A stretch of DNA of 64,000 bases from Dehalococcoidia bacterium (GCA_963555985.3 OY820591.1:2016001-2080000); one strand, 5' to 3'. Shown: positions 36,215-46,668, numbered from the stretch's first letter. Notes: generated by a model not told the origin, from the letters alone. Made by a program: numbers and translations.

Positions 36215-36699
36215 CCAGAATCGTCAACGGTTGGTTGCAGGCGGAAGATCGTTTGATCTCACATCAAATCCTGGACGATCTGGCACCATTCGTCTCTTGC
36301 CGGGTCGCCGTCGGCGACGACGAATTCGATGTCGATTTCCTCATTGACTCGGGATCCGATGCGACTACTCTCATGCTAGAGGATGCTTACCGACTGCTGA
36401 GTGACCGATTCTTTGAGTTGCCGTTCGCTCAAGACGGATCAGGAATCGACATCCACGGCGTCGGCGGCAGTTATCGGGCGCTTCCGTTCGATGCCACACT
36501 CATCCTGAAAGACCAGTACGACGATCCGATCTTGCTCCGCCAGATCATCTGGATCGCCGAGCCGACTCCGAGCGAACCGTCGATCAGCGGCAACTGGGAA
36601 ATTCCCTCCATCTTCGGTCGTGACGCCATCCGACCTGGCGACTTCGAACTGAGCTACATCAAAGGAACCGCCACCCTCATCCGCCCCGACGACGAGTAG
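36211..36699 (+). CDS. clan AA retropepsin-like aspartic protease
   Basis: FLIDSGSDATTL catalytic motif, GVGG flap and SIFGRD; GTGA overlap with the upstream gene. Confidence 0.8.
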   Translation: MTRIVNGWLQAEDRLISHQILDDLAPFVSCRVAVGDDEFDVDFLIDSGSDATTLMLEDAYRLLSDRFFELPFAQDGSGIDIHGVGGSYRALPFDATLILKDQYDDPILLRQIIWIAEPTPSEPSISGNWEIPSIFGRDAIRPGDFELSYIKGTATLIRPDDE

Positions 36700-36702
36700 T
36701 CC

Positions 36703-38340
36703 TCACGGGCGCATTCCGTAGCGGACTCTGATTCCCAGCTGGCTCGGCAACTGGGTCTCGTAGGCCAACTGGAGCCACTCGGCCAGCATTGGGCGGGTGG
36801 CTCGTGGATCGACGATGTCTTCGACTGCGAAGGCTTCGGCGGCGGCAAACGGGTCTCGCAAGGCGATCAGGCGCTCTTCGATTGCGTTGCGATGGGCAAT
36901 CGGGTCGTCCGCGGCTTCGATTTCGCGGCGGTAAGCAGCCGCTACGCCTCCCTCGATTGGGAGCGACCCCCATTCGCCCGAGGGCCAGGCGAAGCGGTAG
37001 CAGAAGCGGCTGAAGTCCTGGTGCGCGCCGCCCGCGACACCGTAGAGCCGACGCACGACCACAGTCGCCCAGGGCACTTGCGAGTCGTTGATCGCGGCGG
37101 CGGCGCGGACGCCCGCCCGCAGGGTGCCGGCCGATTCTCCGGGACGTCCGATCAGGAATCCGGGTTGATCGGCAAAGTTGACGATCGGCAGATGGAAGAC
37201 GTCGCAGAGGTCGACGAACTTCTCGAACTTGCGCGCCTCCTTGGCGCCCATCGCGCCGCCGTAGTGCATCGGATCATTGGCGAGCACGCCGATGGGCATA
37301 CCGCCGATGCGGGCGAAGGCGGTGACCTGGGAGCGTCCGTAGTAGCGGGCCATTTCGAAGAATGAGCCCTGATCGACGACCAGTTCGACCATGCGGCGGG
37401 TGTTGTAGCCGCGGTTGCGGTAACGCGGGATGATCGAGGCCAACTGCTCTTCGCGGCGATCGATCGGATCCTCGCACTCGATCACCGGCGGCAACTGGTG
37501 AACATTACTGGGCAGGTAGGAGAGGAAGCGGCGGATCTGTCGGAGTGCGTCGGCTTCGTCGGCGGCGTCGTTATCGACGACGCCGCTGTTGCGAGCGTGA
37601 ACCTCGTAGCCGCCCAGTTCTTCTTTGGTCAGCTTCTCGCCCATCGATCGGGCGACGAGCGGCGGTCCGCCGGCGAAGACCTGGGAGCTACCGCGCACCA
37701 TCACCGAAAAGTGGGAGGCCGGCACTTCCGCCGCCGGCAACCCCGCCACTGATCCCAGCGCGGCGGACACGACCGGCACTTCGGCCAGCAGCTTGCCCCA
37801 GCGCTGGGGCCAGTACAACTCGGGCAGGTAGGTGCGACCCATCTCGGCGGTGGCGCGGATGTCCGCGCCGAAGCCGTCGATCAGGCGGATCATCGGAACC
37901 TTCAGTTCCTGCGCGATCGCCTCGATCTGGCCTGACTTGTCGCCGCCGCTGTGGACTCGGATCTTGCCGCCCTTCTCGCGCTCGGCGAGGGAGCCGCTGC
38001 GGGGACGGGCGGTGAAGTCTCCGCCCGAGACCGCAACGGGGCGTCCGTCGATCTTGGCAGTGCCGATCACCGTGCCGGAGGGGTGAAAGCCGACCAACTC
38101 GCCATCGTCGTCGTAGTAGCCGGCACCGGCGAGCACGCCGCGTTCGCGGAACGAACCCTCGTCGGTGAGCAGATCGATCCGCTCGCGCACGGTCAGATTG
38201 CCGCGGTCGTGCTGCTCCTGGACCCGATCGGGGCCGCCCATTTCGCGCGCCAGCTCGCGGCGACGGTCGATCTGCTCGATTTCCGCTTGCCAGATGGCAG
38301 CGCCAGTTTCGTCCTCGTCGCGGCTGTGCTTGCGTGGCAT
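36703..38340 (-). CDS. acyl-CoA carboxylase carboxyltransferase subunit
   Basis: MGGPDRV, LTVRERI, GGPPLV, EELGG, DQPGFLIG and WPSGEWGS motifs. Confidence 0.92.
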   Translation of the reverse strand: MPRKHSRDEDETGAAIWQAEIEQIDRRRELAREMGGPDRVQEQHDRGNLTVRERIDLLTDEGSFRERGVLAGAGYYDDDGELVGFHPSGTVIGTAKIDGRPVAVSGGDFTARPRSGSLAEREKGGKIRVHSGGDKSGQIEAIAQELKVPMIRLIDGFGADIRATAEMGRTYLPELYWPQRWGKLLAEVPVVSAALGSVAGLPAAEVPASHFSVMVRGSSQVFAGGPPLVARSMGEKLTKEELGGYEVHARNSGVVDNDAADEADALRQIRRFLSYLPSNVHQLPPVIECEDPIDRREEQLASIIPRYRNRGYNTRRMVELVVDQGSFFEMARYYGRSQVTAFARIGGMPIGVLANDPMHYGGAMGAKEARKFEKFVDLCDVFHLPIVNFADQPGFLIGRPGESAGTLRAGVRAAAAINDSQVPWATVVVRRLYGVAGGAHQDFSRFCYRFAWPSGEWGSLPIEGGVAAAYRREIEAADDPIAHRNAIEERLIALRDPFAAAEAFAVEDIVDPRATRPMLAEWLQLAYETQLPSQLGIRVRYGMRP

Positions 38341-38347
38341 GGTGTTC

Positions 38348-39379
38348 TCATCCGCCCTGACACATGGCCGCCAGATCACGGGCCGTATCTCTGGAGACAT
38401 CAGTACAGACCAACGGGAAGACTTCCGTCCCGTGGATCGTGCCCATCACCTGGCGGCAACGCGCGGGTACGCCGGAATCGAGCAGCAGGCGGTAGAAGGC
38501 GATGCCCTCATCGCGGAGCGGATCACACTCGTTCACCGAGATCGTGGTCGGGGGCAGCCCAATCACATCCTCGCCCGAAGCGAAGAGCGGCCAGGCGAGC
38601 GGGTCTTCGGCTTCAAAGGCGTCCCAGCCGTAACCCATCGCGCCCGTGTTGTGGTGCAGGTCGAGCAGGATGCCGTTGTTCTCGGTCGAGGAGGGCAGAT
38701 CGTCGCGGGGCCAGCTGCCGGCGATGTAGGGGCAGAGCGCGTAGAGACCCTGGACAACGCCGATGTCGCCGTCGCGCAAGAGCTTCATGCCGGTGGCGAG
38801 GGTTAGGTTTCCACCGCCGCTCTCGCCCGCAATGATGATCCGCGACGCATCGATCCCCAGCGCATCGGCGTTTGCAGCAACCCACTTCACGCCCGAAACG
38901 CAGTCGTTTAGGCCGCCCGGGTAGGGCACGACTTCGGGCGCGGAGGAAGCGACGACGCAGTTGCGGAAGTCCACCATCGCCACCGCTACGCCGTTCTGCG
39001 CAATGATCCGGCCCCAAGCCTTGTAGTTCGGATCGTAGGCCGACATCTGCGCCATGCCGCCGCCGTGGATGTAGTAGACGCAGGGCAGCGGCCCATCCGA
39101 CTCGGGGCGGATGTACTGGATCTTGATCGTGTTCCCGTCGGGTTCGGAGGTGAACTCTTCAGTCGTGATCGTGAGCCCATCAGAGGGCGCGACCTCTTCG
39201 GTGTCGCACATCGCCAGAAATGCGGTCAAGCCCTCGATCTGCGCGCGCGCTTCGGGCGAGTTGGCGCGTTCGATCACCTCCTCGCGGCTGGCCGCATCGA
39301 GCGAGCCAACCGACTCGAAGCCGCCGAACACGGCCTTGATCCGCGGGTCGATTCTGGGATCTTCGGAGAGTTTGGTCAT
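38348..39379 (-). CDS. HSL-family esterase (alpha/beta hydrolase_3)
   Basis: HGGG, GESGGG nucleophile elbow, DPLRDEG and IHG motifs. Confidence 0.9.
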   Translation of the reverse strand: MTKLSEDPRIDPRIKAVFGGFESVGSLDAASREEVIERANSPEARAQIEGLTAFLAMCDTEEVAPSDGLTITTEEFTSEPDGNTIKIQYIRPESDGPLPCVYYIHGGGMAQMSAYDPNYKAWGRIIAQNGVAVAMVDFRNCVVASSAPEVVPYPGGLNDCVSGVKWVAANADALGIDASRIIIAGESGGGNLTLATGMKLLRDGDIGVVQGLYALCPYIAGSWPRDDLPSSTENNGILLDLHHNTGAMGYGWDAFEAEDPLAWPLFASGEDVIGLPPTTISVNECDPLRDEGIAFYRLLLDSGVPARCRQVMGTIHGTEVFPLVCTDVSRDTARDLAAMCQGG

Positions 39380-39568
39380 GGCGGGTGCCTTTGCCGGCTG
39401 CAAGATCGCTGTCGGCGGCAGTCTATCCGCTCCACGTTCCGGCGAACTTCCCGATGCAGACTATGCCGAGTTCCGGATGGTTCTTGGGAGGATTGTGTAC
39501 CTGCGCGGTCAATGCTTCATCATGTCGCTGGAAGAGAACAGCGGCACGCAGTCGAAGGAGAGACGATC

Positions 39569-40969
39569 ATGGACGCCAATGAATTGGCCTTTGCCACGAT
39601 CGAGGAACTCGCACCGCAAGTGGCAGCCGGCGAATTGTCGCCAGTAGAGCTGACCGAGGCGCAGCTGGCCCGGATTGCCGCTGCGGACGGACGCTTGAAG
39701 AGCTACGCGACCGTGATGGCAGAATCGGCGCTGGCTGAGGCGCGGCGCGCGCAGGAAGAGATCGCGGCCGGCGACTATCGGGGGCCGCTGCACGGGATTC
39801 CGATTGCGGTCAAAGACCTCTGCTACACGACCGGGACACGGACGATGGGCGGGACGAAGGTGCTGGAAGACTTCGTGCCGGAGTTCGATTCGACTGTCGT
39901 CACCCGCCTGCGCGAAGCCGGTGCGGTACTGCTGGGCAAGCTCAATCTGACCGAGGGCGCGATGGCCGGCTACAACCGCGCACGGCAGGTGCCCGTCAAT
40001 CCTTGGGCGGCTGATCGCTGGACGGGCGTGTCTTCGAGCGGCTCAGGCGTGGCGACGGCGGCGGGGCTTTGTTATGCGTCTTTGGGTAGCGATACCGGCG
40101 GCTCGATTCGATCGCCCTCCGCGTCGTGTGGAATCGTCGGACTCAAACCCACATGGGGACGTGTCAGCCGCTACGGCGTGCTCGACCTCGCGCAGTCGCT
40201 CGACCACGTTGGTCCGATGTGCCGCTCGACTTGGGATTGCGCGGTCGTGCTTGAGGCGATGGCGGGCGACGATCCCAACGATCCAACGACCTTGCCCGAG
40301 CCAGCCCCGGCCATGCTCGACGGGATCGACACCGGCGTCGCCAGCCTGCGGATCGGATACGACCAGCGCTACGCGTCGGAGGATGTGATTCCGCCGGTCG
40401 CGGAGGCGGTCGCCGCATCGGTCGAGACGCTGGCGGCGTTAGGCGCGGAGATCGTCGAGGTCGAGCTGCCCGATGTTCGTCCCTACATGGCGGATTGGCC
40501 CACGCTCTGCTCGGTTGAGGCGCTCTTTGCGCATCTGGAGCATTACCCCAGCCGAGCCGACGACTACGGAGCCTGGTTCGGAGCCTGGCTGGAGCGGGGC
40601 GCGTCGGTGAGCGCAGTCGAGTACGCCGCCGCCTGCATTCGCCGCGAAGAGCTACGTGGCCTGCTCGCACGCGCCTTCGAGGGCATCGATATGCTCGCTT
40701 GTCCGGCCCAGGGAGGCCTGCCGCATCGGGTGACCGAGGACATGATGTACGACGACACGCCGGGCGACTTCGATCCGGTGCGCTTGCAGTACACCGCGCC
40801 TTGGGACATGAATCGCGCGCCCTCGCTGACCCTGCCCAACGGTTGGAGCGAACAAGGCCTGCCGATTGCCTTGCAGCTGGTCGGTCCGCTGGGCAGCGAG
40901 GCGGCGCTCTGCCGCGCGGGGTACGCCTATGAGCAAGCGACCGACTTCATGCGCCACCCGGAGCTCTGA
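39569..40969 (+). CDS. amidase signature family enzyme
   Basis: AAGGAG SD; GPLHGIPIAVKD, SSSGSG, GSDTGGSIR and GLKPTWGRVS motifs. Confidence 0.93.
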   Translation: MDANELAFATIEELAPQVAAGELSPVELTEAQLARIAAADGRLKSYATVMAESALAEARRAQEEIAAGDYRGPLHGIPIAVKDLCYTTGTRTMGGTKVLEDFVPEFDSTVVTRLREAGAVLLGKLNLTEGAMAGYNRARQVPVNPWAADRWTGVSSSGSGVATAAGLCYASLGSDTGGSIRSPSASCGIVGLKPTWGRVSRYGVLDLAQSLDHVGPMCRSTWDCAVVLEAMAGDDPNDPTTLPEPAPAMLDGIDTGVASLRIGYDQRYASEDVIPPVAEAVAASVETLAALGAEIVEVELPDVRPYMADWPTLCSVEALFAHLEHYPSRADDYGAWFGAWLERGASVSAVEYAAACIRREELRGLLARAFEGIDMLACPAQGGLPHRVTEDMMYDDTPGDFDPVRLQYTAPWDMNRAPSLTLPNGWSEQGLPIALQLVGPLGSEAALCRAGYAYEQATDFMRHPEL

Positions 40970-40987
40970 TTCCCTCGCCGCACGCGG

Positions 40988-41812
40988 CTAGTAGTCCGTC
41001 GCTTCACCGCGCGCCTGCTGCGCCTTGCGTTCGTTCATGAAGTCGCGCATCGAGCCTCGGCTGTCCGCCGGCGGCGGAGCCATGCGCAGCCATGAGTTGA
41101 GACTCGTCGTGTAGCGGAACTGCGCCCCCCAGCCGAGCATGTCCGCCTGCGTGTGCCACATCTCCTTCTTGGTCAACAGACTCGCCAGCGGCGCCTCCGC
41201 GACACTCTCAGCCATCGCGCGAACGGTCTCGTCGAGTTCGTCGGCTGGCACGCTGCGCGTGACCAGACCCCACTCCTCCGCCTCCTTGCCCGACAGCACC
41301 CGCCCGGTAAACAGCATGTCGTTGGCCCGCCGTGGACCCACGAGATAACTCCAGAATGGGATCGAACTCGCACCGCCCATGCGCATGAACGGCTCGCCAA
41401 TCTTGGCATCGTCCGCCGCCACTACGAGATCACAGAGCATCGAGATGTACATCCCGCCCGCGAGCGCGTGCCCGTGGATCTGCGCGATGATCACCTTCGG
41501 GTTGTCCCAGATCGCCTCGTAGATCCCGCGCATGATCCGCTGGTGCTTGTGCCCGCTGACGATGTTCCAGTCACTCTCACCCTCGGGCGGATTGATGTAC
41601 GGGCTGCCGTCGATGTCGTAGCCCGCGCTAAACGCTGGACCGTTCGCTCGCAAGATCGCCACCTTCAGACTGTCATCCTCCGCGACCAGGTTGAGCGCAT
41701 CGAGCAGGTCGCCAAGCAGGTCGTGGTTGAGCGCGTTGCGTTTCTCCGGCCGGTCCATCGTGATCGTCGCAACGGGTCCCTGGATCTCGAACTGGATCGC
41801 GGTATAGGTCAT
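40988..41812 (-). CDS. enoyl-CoA hydratase/isomerase family protein
   Basis: RPEKRNAL, FSAGYD, HGHALAGG and EAEEWGLV motifs. Confidence 0.9.
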   Translation of the reverse strand: MTYTAIQFEIQGPVATITMDRPEKRNALNHDLLGDLLDALNLVAEDDSLKVAILRANGPAFSAGYDIDGSPYINPPEGESDWNIVSGHKHQRIMRGIYEAIWDNPKVIIAQIHGHALAGGMYISMLCDLVVAADDAKIGEPFMRMGGASSIPFWSYLVGPRRANDMLFTGRVLSGKEAEEWGLVTRSVPADELDETVRAMAESVAEAPLASLLTKKEMWHTQADMLGWGAQFRYTTSLNSWLRMAPPPADSRGSMRDFMNERKAQQARGEATDY

Positions 41813-41959
41813 GGTCGTCCCCCTTGTGCTCGCCGATTCGGAGCCTACCAACCGCCTCCGCTCTAGTGCCCGCAGGCGGGCTGGCGCGCGTTTTCTAGAC
41901 TTTCAGTGATCGCGCCCGACCGACGGCGCGAAGTTGCCGCCAACCAAGGCTCAGGAACC

Positions 41960-42811
41960 ATGCCCACAACCACCCCAACCATCGACTGCCAAGTGCACGC
42001 CTACGAGCGCAATAGTCCGGAGAACCCCTGGCGTTCATTCCTGACCGGACCCGACGAGGTCACCGGCGACGACATGGTGGAGGCGATGGACGCCGTCGGC
42101 GTCGATGGCGCCATCCTCATCTCGCCCTTCACGATCTACGGCTACGACCCCACCTACGTGCTGTCGGTACACGCGAAACACCCCGATCGCTTCGGACTGG
42201 TCAAGCCGTTCGATCCGCAGTCGGCCTCGGTCGCCGACGAAGTCGCGGAGTGGACGGCGCAGCCGGGCGCGGTCGGCGCGCGGGTGATGCTCAGCTTCGA
42301 GGATTTGAGCGCCGATGATCCGGGCGTCGACCGCATTCTGGAGGCGGGCGCGCAGGCCGGCGTACCGGTCAATGTCCTCTGCTCCGGCAAGATTCCGCTC
42401 TTTCGCGAGTTCGCGCGGCGGCATCCCAACACGCAGTTGGTGATCGATCATGTCGGCTTGGCGCAGCCGTTTGATCCGCCCGCGCCGGCGCAGCCCTGGG
42501 CCGACCTCGAAAACGTGGCCTCGCTGGCGCAGTTTGAGCATGTAGCGATCAAGATTTCCGGGGCCTGCACGCTCTCGCACGAACCGTTCCCTTATTCCGA
42601 CATCTGGGAGCCGCTGGAGCGGCTGTTCGAGGCGTTCGGGTTCGAGCGCTGTATGTGGGGCACCGACTGGACGCGGGCGGTGAATCTGTTGACTTACGAG
42701 CAAGGCGTTGAGGCGTTTCGTGTGACCGAGCGGCTCTCGGAGGTCGAACGTGCCGCGCTGATGGGCGGCACGCTGCAAGAGATTTACGGCTGGTCGCCCG
42801 GCGCAACCTAA
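41960..42811 (+). CDS. amidohydrolase_2 family protein
   Basis: IDCQVH, VIDHVG, IKISG and MWGTDW motifs. Confidence 0.88.
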   Translation: MPTTTPTIDCQVHAYERNSPENPWRSFLTGPDEVTGDDMVEAMDAVGVDGAILISPFTIYGYDPTYVLSVHAKHPDRFGLVKPFDPQSASVADEVAEWTAQPGAVGARVMLSFEDLSADDPGVDRILEAGAQAGVPVNVLCSGKIPLFREFARRHPNTQLVIDHVGLAQPFDPPAPAQPWADLENVASLAQFEHVAIKISGACTLSHEPFPYSDIWEPLERLFEAFGFERCMWGTDWTRAVNLLTYEQGVEAFRVTERLSEVERAALMGGTLQEIYGWSPGAT

Positions 42812-42841
42812 GCGCCACCCGACTCTCTCCTCCCTCTTGTA

Positions 42842-43007
42842 GAGACCTGCGCATAAGTCGATTTTGTCCCGTCATTGCCGCGCTCCGACGCGGCAATCTC
42901 GCTGCGTGAGCGACGATGGTGCAGATCACGGCGAGATATCCCACAGGACGGAGACAGGCTCCGCGGCAAGCGCGGGTATGACGATCTTTGATTTACGCAA
43001 AGGTCTC
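42842..43007. mobile_element. putative 166-bp MITE with 18-bp imperfect terminal inverted repeats enclosing two inverted REP hairpins
   Basis: Left end GAGACCTGCGCATAAGTC; right end GATTTACGCAAAGGTCTC (14/18 match to the left end as reverse complement); no clear target-site duplication. Confidence 0.6.
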
Positions 43008-43052
43008 CTTGAGGGGGAGATGCCCCGTAGGTGCAGAGGGGGTGAGAACGCC
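43007..43052. repeat. partial copy, in reverse orientation, of the 15292-15335 palindromic element
   Basis: ccttgagggggagatgccccgtaggtgcagagggggtgagaacgcc versus the reverse complement of ggcgtttcaccccctctgccccgttggggcatctccccctcaagg. Confidence 0.8.
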
Positions 43053-43099
43053 GCAGTCCTCTCACCAAACTTCACCGATCTCCCACACCACCCCCCGCG

Positions 43100-43996
43100 T
43101 TAGTGGGCGGCGCTGCTTGCCTCGACTCCGGCAGCGGCCGTTTCGCTCGCAGCGGCGGGCATCAGCTCGGGCAGCCGACCGGGTTCCGGCTCTGTCTCCG
43201 ACGCGGGCGCGATCAGGCTGATTGCCAGCGCTCCGGAGATCGGATCGCGGTAGCAGGCGGCCTTGACCGCGAAGGCGGACTCAATCGTCTCTGGCGTGAG
43301 CACATCCTGCGGCGGGCCTTCGGTGAGCACCCGCCCTTCGCTGAGCAAGACCAGACGATCGCAGTATCTGGCGGCCAGATTGAGGTCGTGGATAGCGGCG
43401 ATGGCAGTGAGCCCATCGTCAACCAGATCTCGTACCAGGCTGAGAATCTTGAGTTGGTGGAGGATGTCCAGGTTGGCGGTCGGCTCGTCGAGCAGGAGGA
43501 TGCTGGGCTGCTGGGCGATGGCGCGGGCGAGGAAGACACGCTGGCGTTCGCCGCCGGACAAGGTGTCGAGCGTTCTGTCGGCAAACGCTTCGGTCTCGGT
43601 CAAGCGCATCGCGTCGCGGCTGATGCGAGCGTCTTCCTTGCCCTCCACCTGAAACCGCCCCAGATGCGGGTAGCGTCCCATCAGCACCAACTCGAACGCG
43701 GTGAAGCCCTGCGTATAGGGAGCGATCTGTGGAACGAGCGCGAGGATTTCGGCGACCTCGCGGGCGCGAAGCGACTTGAGCTCCGCTCCATGCAGCGAGA
43801 CTGCGCCCTCCTGGTAGCCGAGGACATTGGAGAGCGCGCGCAGCAGGGTCGACTTGCCCGCCCCGTTGGGGCCAATCAAGCCAACGAACTGTCCGTGTTC
43901 CGCGCGCAGATCGACCCGATCCAGCAGCCGTTTCGCTTCGACGCTGAAGGAGAGCGCCTGCGCCTCGACTGCGGGTTTGTGATTGCGGGTGACCAT
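43100..43996 (-). CDS. btuD: cobalamin/Fe-siderophore ABC transporter ATPase
   Basis: GPNGAGKST, LSGGERQR, LLLDEPT and IHDLNLA motifs; in a riboswitch-led operon. Confidence 0.88.
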   Translation of the reverse strand: MVTRNHKPAVEAQALSFSVEAKRLLDRVDLRAEHGQFVGLIGPNGAGKSTLLRALSNVLGYQEGAVSLHGAELKSLRAREVAEILALVPQIAPYTQGFTAFELVLMGRYPHLGRFQVEGKEDARISRDAMRLTETEAFADRTLDTLSGGERQRVFLARAIAQQPSILLLDEPTANLDILHQLKILSLVRDLVDDGLTAIAAIHDLNLAARYCDRLVLLSEGRVLTEGPPQDVLTPETIESAFAVKAACYRDPISGALAISLIAPASETEPEPGRLPELMPAAASETAAAGVEASSAAH

Positions 43997-43999
43997 GTC

Positions 44000-45298
44000 C
44001 TACTCGGGCAAGCTAAAGGAGGCGGCGGGTGGGTCGGTGAAGTCATCCGGCCAGAGGATTCGCGCGAGCTCCTCCGCGCCGCGAATGTTCCAGTGCGAGA
44101 GCGTGGTGAAGAGCTTGCTGTCGACGATGTAGACCGCCTCGTTCCGGATCGCCGGCACTTCCGCCAGCGCTTCGTTCTCGAACAGGCTCTGCCGAAACTC
44201 CTCCGCGCCGAAGGCCGCCGGTTGGGGGATGAAGATCACATCCGGCGACATGGCGATCACCGACTCCAGGCTGATCGTCTGATTGCCCTCCACCTCTGCG
44301 GCGGCGTTAAGGCCGCCGGCAGCCTCAATCAGCTCGCCCTGGGTAGAGCCGACCCCGGCGGTCCAGATGGAGTCGCCATATTGAGTCAACGACAGCACGC
44401 TCGGCCGATTCGACTTGCCGGCGGTGATGTCCAACACCGCCTGGTAGCGCGCCTGCACCTCGCCGGCGAAGGCAATGGCGCGTTCCTCCTCACCGAGCAT
44501 GTAGCCAATCAGCAGAACGTTGTTGATCTGCGCCTGCGGGTCAAGCTCCAGTGCGGTCTGAATGACCAGAATGCCGGCGCGCTGGAGGGCGTCAATGCCC
44601 TCAACCGGGTACCAGGGACTGGTCACGACGATGTCGGGTTCGGCGACGATGATCGTTTCCGGATCGCGGGATACCTCCGGCTTGTCGAGCACGAGCTCGG
44701 CAATGTTGGAGTAGGTGGCGTCTTTGGAAACCGCGCCGACGGCGACGAGGCGCTCGCTGGGCACGAGTGCGAGCACAACCTCATCGTGGCCGATCGAGGC
44801 GGTGACGATCCGCAGCGGCTTGGCCGGAATGCTGACAACTCCACCCAGTCCCTCAACCTCGCGCGGCCAGCCGTGGTTGCTTGGATCAACAATGCCGGGC
44901 ACGCCCTCGAACGAGAGAGCTTCGTCGCTCGGCTCTTCCGCTTGGGCGACCGTTTGCTGTTCGGTCTGCTGTTCGGTCTGTTGCTGCGGCTGGGCTTGAA
45001 CTTGTTCAGCTTGGCTTTCAGTTGTCTCCTCGGCGGACGCTGCGGGCTCGGACTGTGCTTCCGTCTGCTCCTCTGCCTCTTGCTGAACAGTCTCAACCGA
45101 CTGTTGGGCGGGCTGTTCCGAGGGAGCCTGAGCTTGTGGTTGCGCCTGCTGCTCTTGCGGTTGCTCCGCCTGGGCTGCTGCGGTGGCTTGAGCGGACGGC
45201 TCGGCCTGGGGCGGTTCGTCGGATGAGCAGGCCGCAAGCGCGACGCCCAAGAACAGCACCAGTGGTAAGAGAATCACGCGAACCTGTGGCATCGACAC
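44000..45298 (-). CDS. btuF: cobalamin ABC transporter substrate-binding lipoprotein with Q/E/A-rich linker
   Basis: Lipobox LAAC; long low-complexity tether; Peripla_BP_2-type motifs PLRIV, EPDIV and VPAIRN. Confidence 0.85.
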   Translation of the reverse strand: MSMPQVRVILLPLVLFLGVALAACSSDEPPQAEPSAQATAAAQAEQPQEQQAQPQAQAPSEQPAQQSVETVQQEAEEQTEAQSEPAASAEETTESQAEQVQAQPQQQTEQQTEQQTVAQAEEPSDEALSFEGVPGIVDPSNHGWPREVEGLGGVVSIPAKPLRIVTASIGHDEVVLALVPSERLVAVGAVSKDATYSNIAELVLDKPEVSRDPETIIVAEPDIVVTSPWYPVEGIDALQRAGILVIQTALELDPQAQINNVLLIGYMLGEEERAIAFAGEVQARYQAVLDITAGKSNRPSVLSLTQYGDSIWTAGVGSTQGELIEAAGGLNAAAEVEGNQTISLESVIAMSPDVIFIPQPAAFGAEEFRQSLFENEALAEVPAIRNEAVYIVDSKLFTTLSHWNIRGAEELARILWPDDFTDPPAASFSLPE

Positions 45299-45324
45299 GC
45301 CGACTCCTCTCGATGGCCGCCTCG

Positions 45325-46419
45325 TCAGAGCGAGTAGACCTGTCGTTTGTTCCTAATCAGCAGGAGGATGAAAAACGGCGCTCCCACGAAGGCGGTCAGA
45401 ATGCCGACGCGGAACTCGGCCGGTTGGATGATCGTGCGGGCGACGGTGTCGGCCAGGATCACGAAGGCTGCGCCGCCGAGCGCGCTCATCGGGATCAGGA
45501 CGCGGTTGTCCGGCCCCAGCATGAGCCGGAGAATGTGCGGAATCACGAGGCCGACGAAGGCGATCGTGCCGCTGACCGCGACAGCGGCGCCCGTCGCCAG
45601 CGCGGAAGCGGCCAAGAGGACGATGCGCGTGAAACCGGTGCGGACGCCCATCGAACGCGCTTCGTCATCGCCGAGCATGAGCAGGTTGAGATCGCGCGCC
45701 ATCAGCAGGAGCAGGAGAGTGCTGCCCAGGATCAGCGGGCCGGCAATCCGCACGTGCTCCCAGGAGCGGGCGTCGAGTCCGCCGGCCAGCCAGAACAGGA
45801 TCTCGCGCAGGGCGTCGTTGTCGGGCAGGACGATGATGATCGCGGAGATGACCGCGCCCAAAAAGGCGTTGACCGCGACTCCGGCGAGCAGGAGCGTCGC
45901 CATCGAGAAGTGTCCGCCGACCACGGCGATGCCGTAGACCAGAAACGCCGCCGCCATCGCGCCGGCAAAGGCGAAGGCCGGCAGCGCCAGGAAGAACAAT
46001 CCAGCCATACCCGTCGCAATAGCGACCACTGCGCCCAAGGCGCCGCCGGCGGAGACGCCGATGATGCCCGGATCGGCCATCGGATTGCGGAACAGTCCCT
46101 GCATCGTCGCGCCGGCTACGCCGAGCGCCATCCCCACCACCGCGCCGACGATGATCCGGGGCAGCCGGATCTGGTCGATCACGAGCTGCTCGGTGCGCCC
46201 GAACTCGGGTACGTCGAACCCAATCGAGGAAAGCACGATCCAGGCGACATGGCTGACGGGAATATCAACCGGGCCGAGGCTGAGCGAGATCAGGCCGACC
46301 AGCAGCACTAGCGCCAGCAGGATCGAGGCGCCGATCGTCAGACGGGCGGAGACGCCCATCCGGCGGTAGCCGTGCAGCTTGGAGATTCCCGTGACGCGCA
46401 AACGAAACGCCTCCAACAT
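45325..46419 (-). CDS. btuC: cobalamin ABC transporter permease (FecCD family)
   Basis: IRLPR, QGLFRNPMADPGIIGVS, IAFVGLVIPH and GAPFF motifs. Confidence 0.88.
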   Translation of the reverse strand: MLEAFRLRVTGISKLHGYRRMGVSARLTIGASILLALVLLVGLISLSLGPVDIPVSHVAWIVLSSIGFDVPEFGRTEQLVIDQIRLPRIIVGAVVGMALGVAGATMQGLFRNPMADPGIIGVSAGGALGAVVAIATGMAGLFFLALPAFAFAGAMAAAFLVYGIAVVGGHFSMATLLLAGVAVNAFLGAVISAIIIVLPDNDALREILFWLAGGLDARSWEHVRIAGPLILGSTLLLLLMARDLNLLMLGDDEARSMGVRTGFTRIVLLAASALATGAAVAVSGTIAFVGLVIPHILRLMLGPDNRVLIPMSALGGAAFVILADTVARTIIQPAEFRVGILTAFVGAPFFILLLIRNKRQVYSL

Positions 46420-46506
46420 TGCTCCGCTGGAGGCGTGGAATTCGACCTGCCCGGACGGCTGCCCGGAGATCGAGGGACCTCTCTGAAGCGGAGAGTTGTC
46501 ACCTCA

Positions 46507-46668
46507 TCGTCCAGGCAGGTCTCCTGGCTCGCGGGCGGAGTGCTGTGCCGAGCCCTTCCCATCGGCGATCCGACAGTGGGCCTCAGCTCCGTCTCCCGCT
46601 CACAGTGGCGCTACCGCGTCGGAATTGCACCGACTTCCCTATTCTCCCGGGACGGGCACCTGGACGAG
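46507..46668 (-). promoter_or_regulatory. cobalamin (AdoCbl) riboswitch
   Basis: Minus strand: CGTCCAGGTGC..AATAGGGAAGTCGGTGCAATTCCGACGCGGTAGCGCCACTGT..CCACTG..GGGAAGG..GAGCCAGGAGACCTGCCTGGACG (B12 box), upstream of btuC. Confidence 0.95.

Noticed and set aside
44930-45215. Q/E/A-rich repeats in btuF (and the acidic linker of the peptidase, about 9400-9600)
   Set aside because: These are ordinary low-complexity tethers of membrane-anchored proteins.
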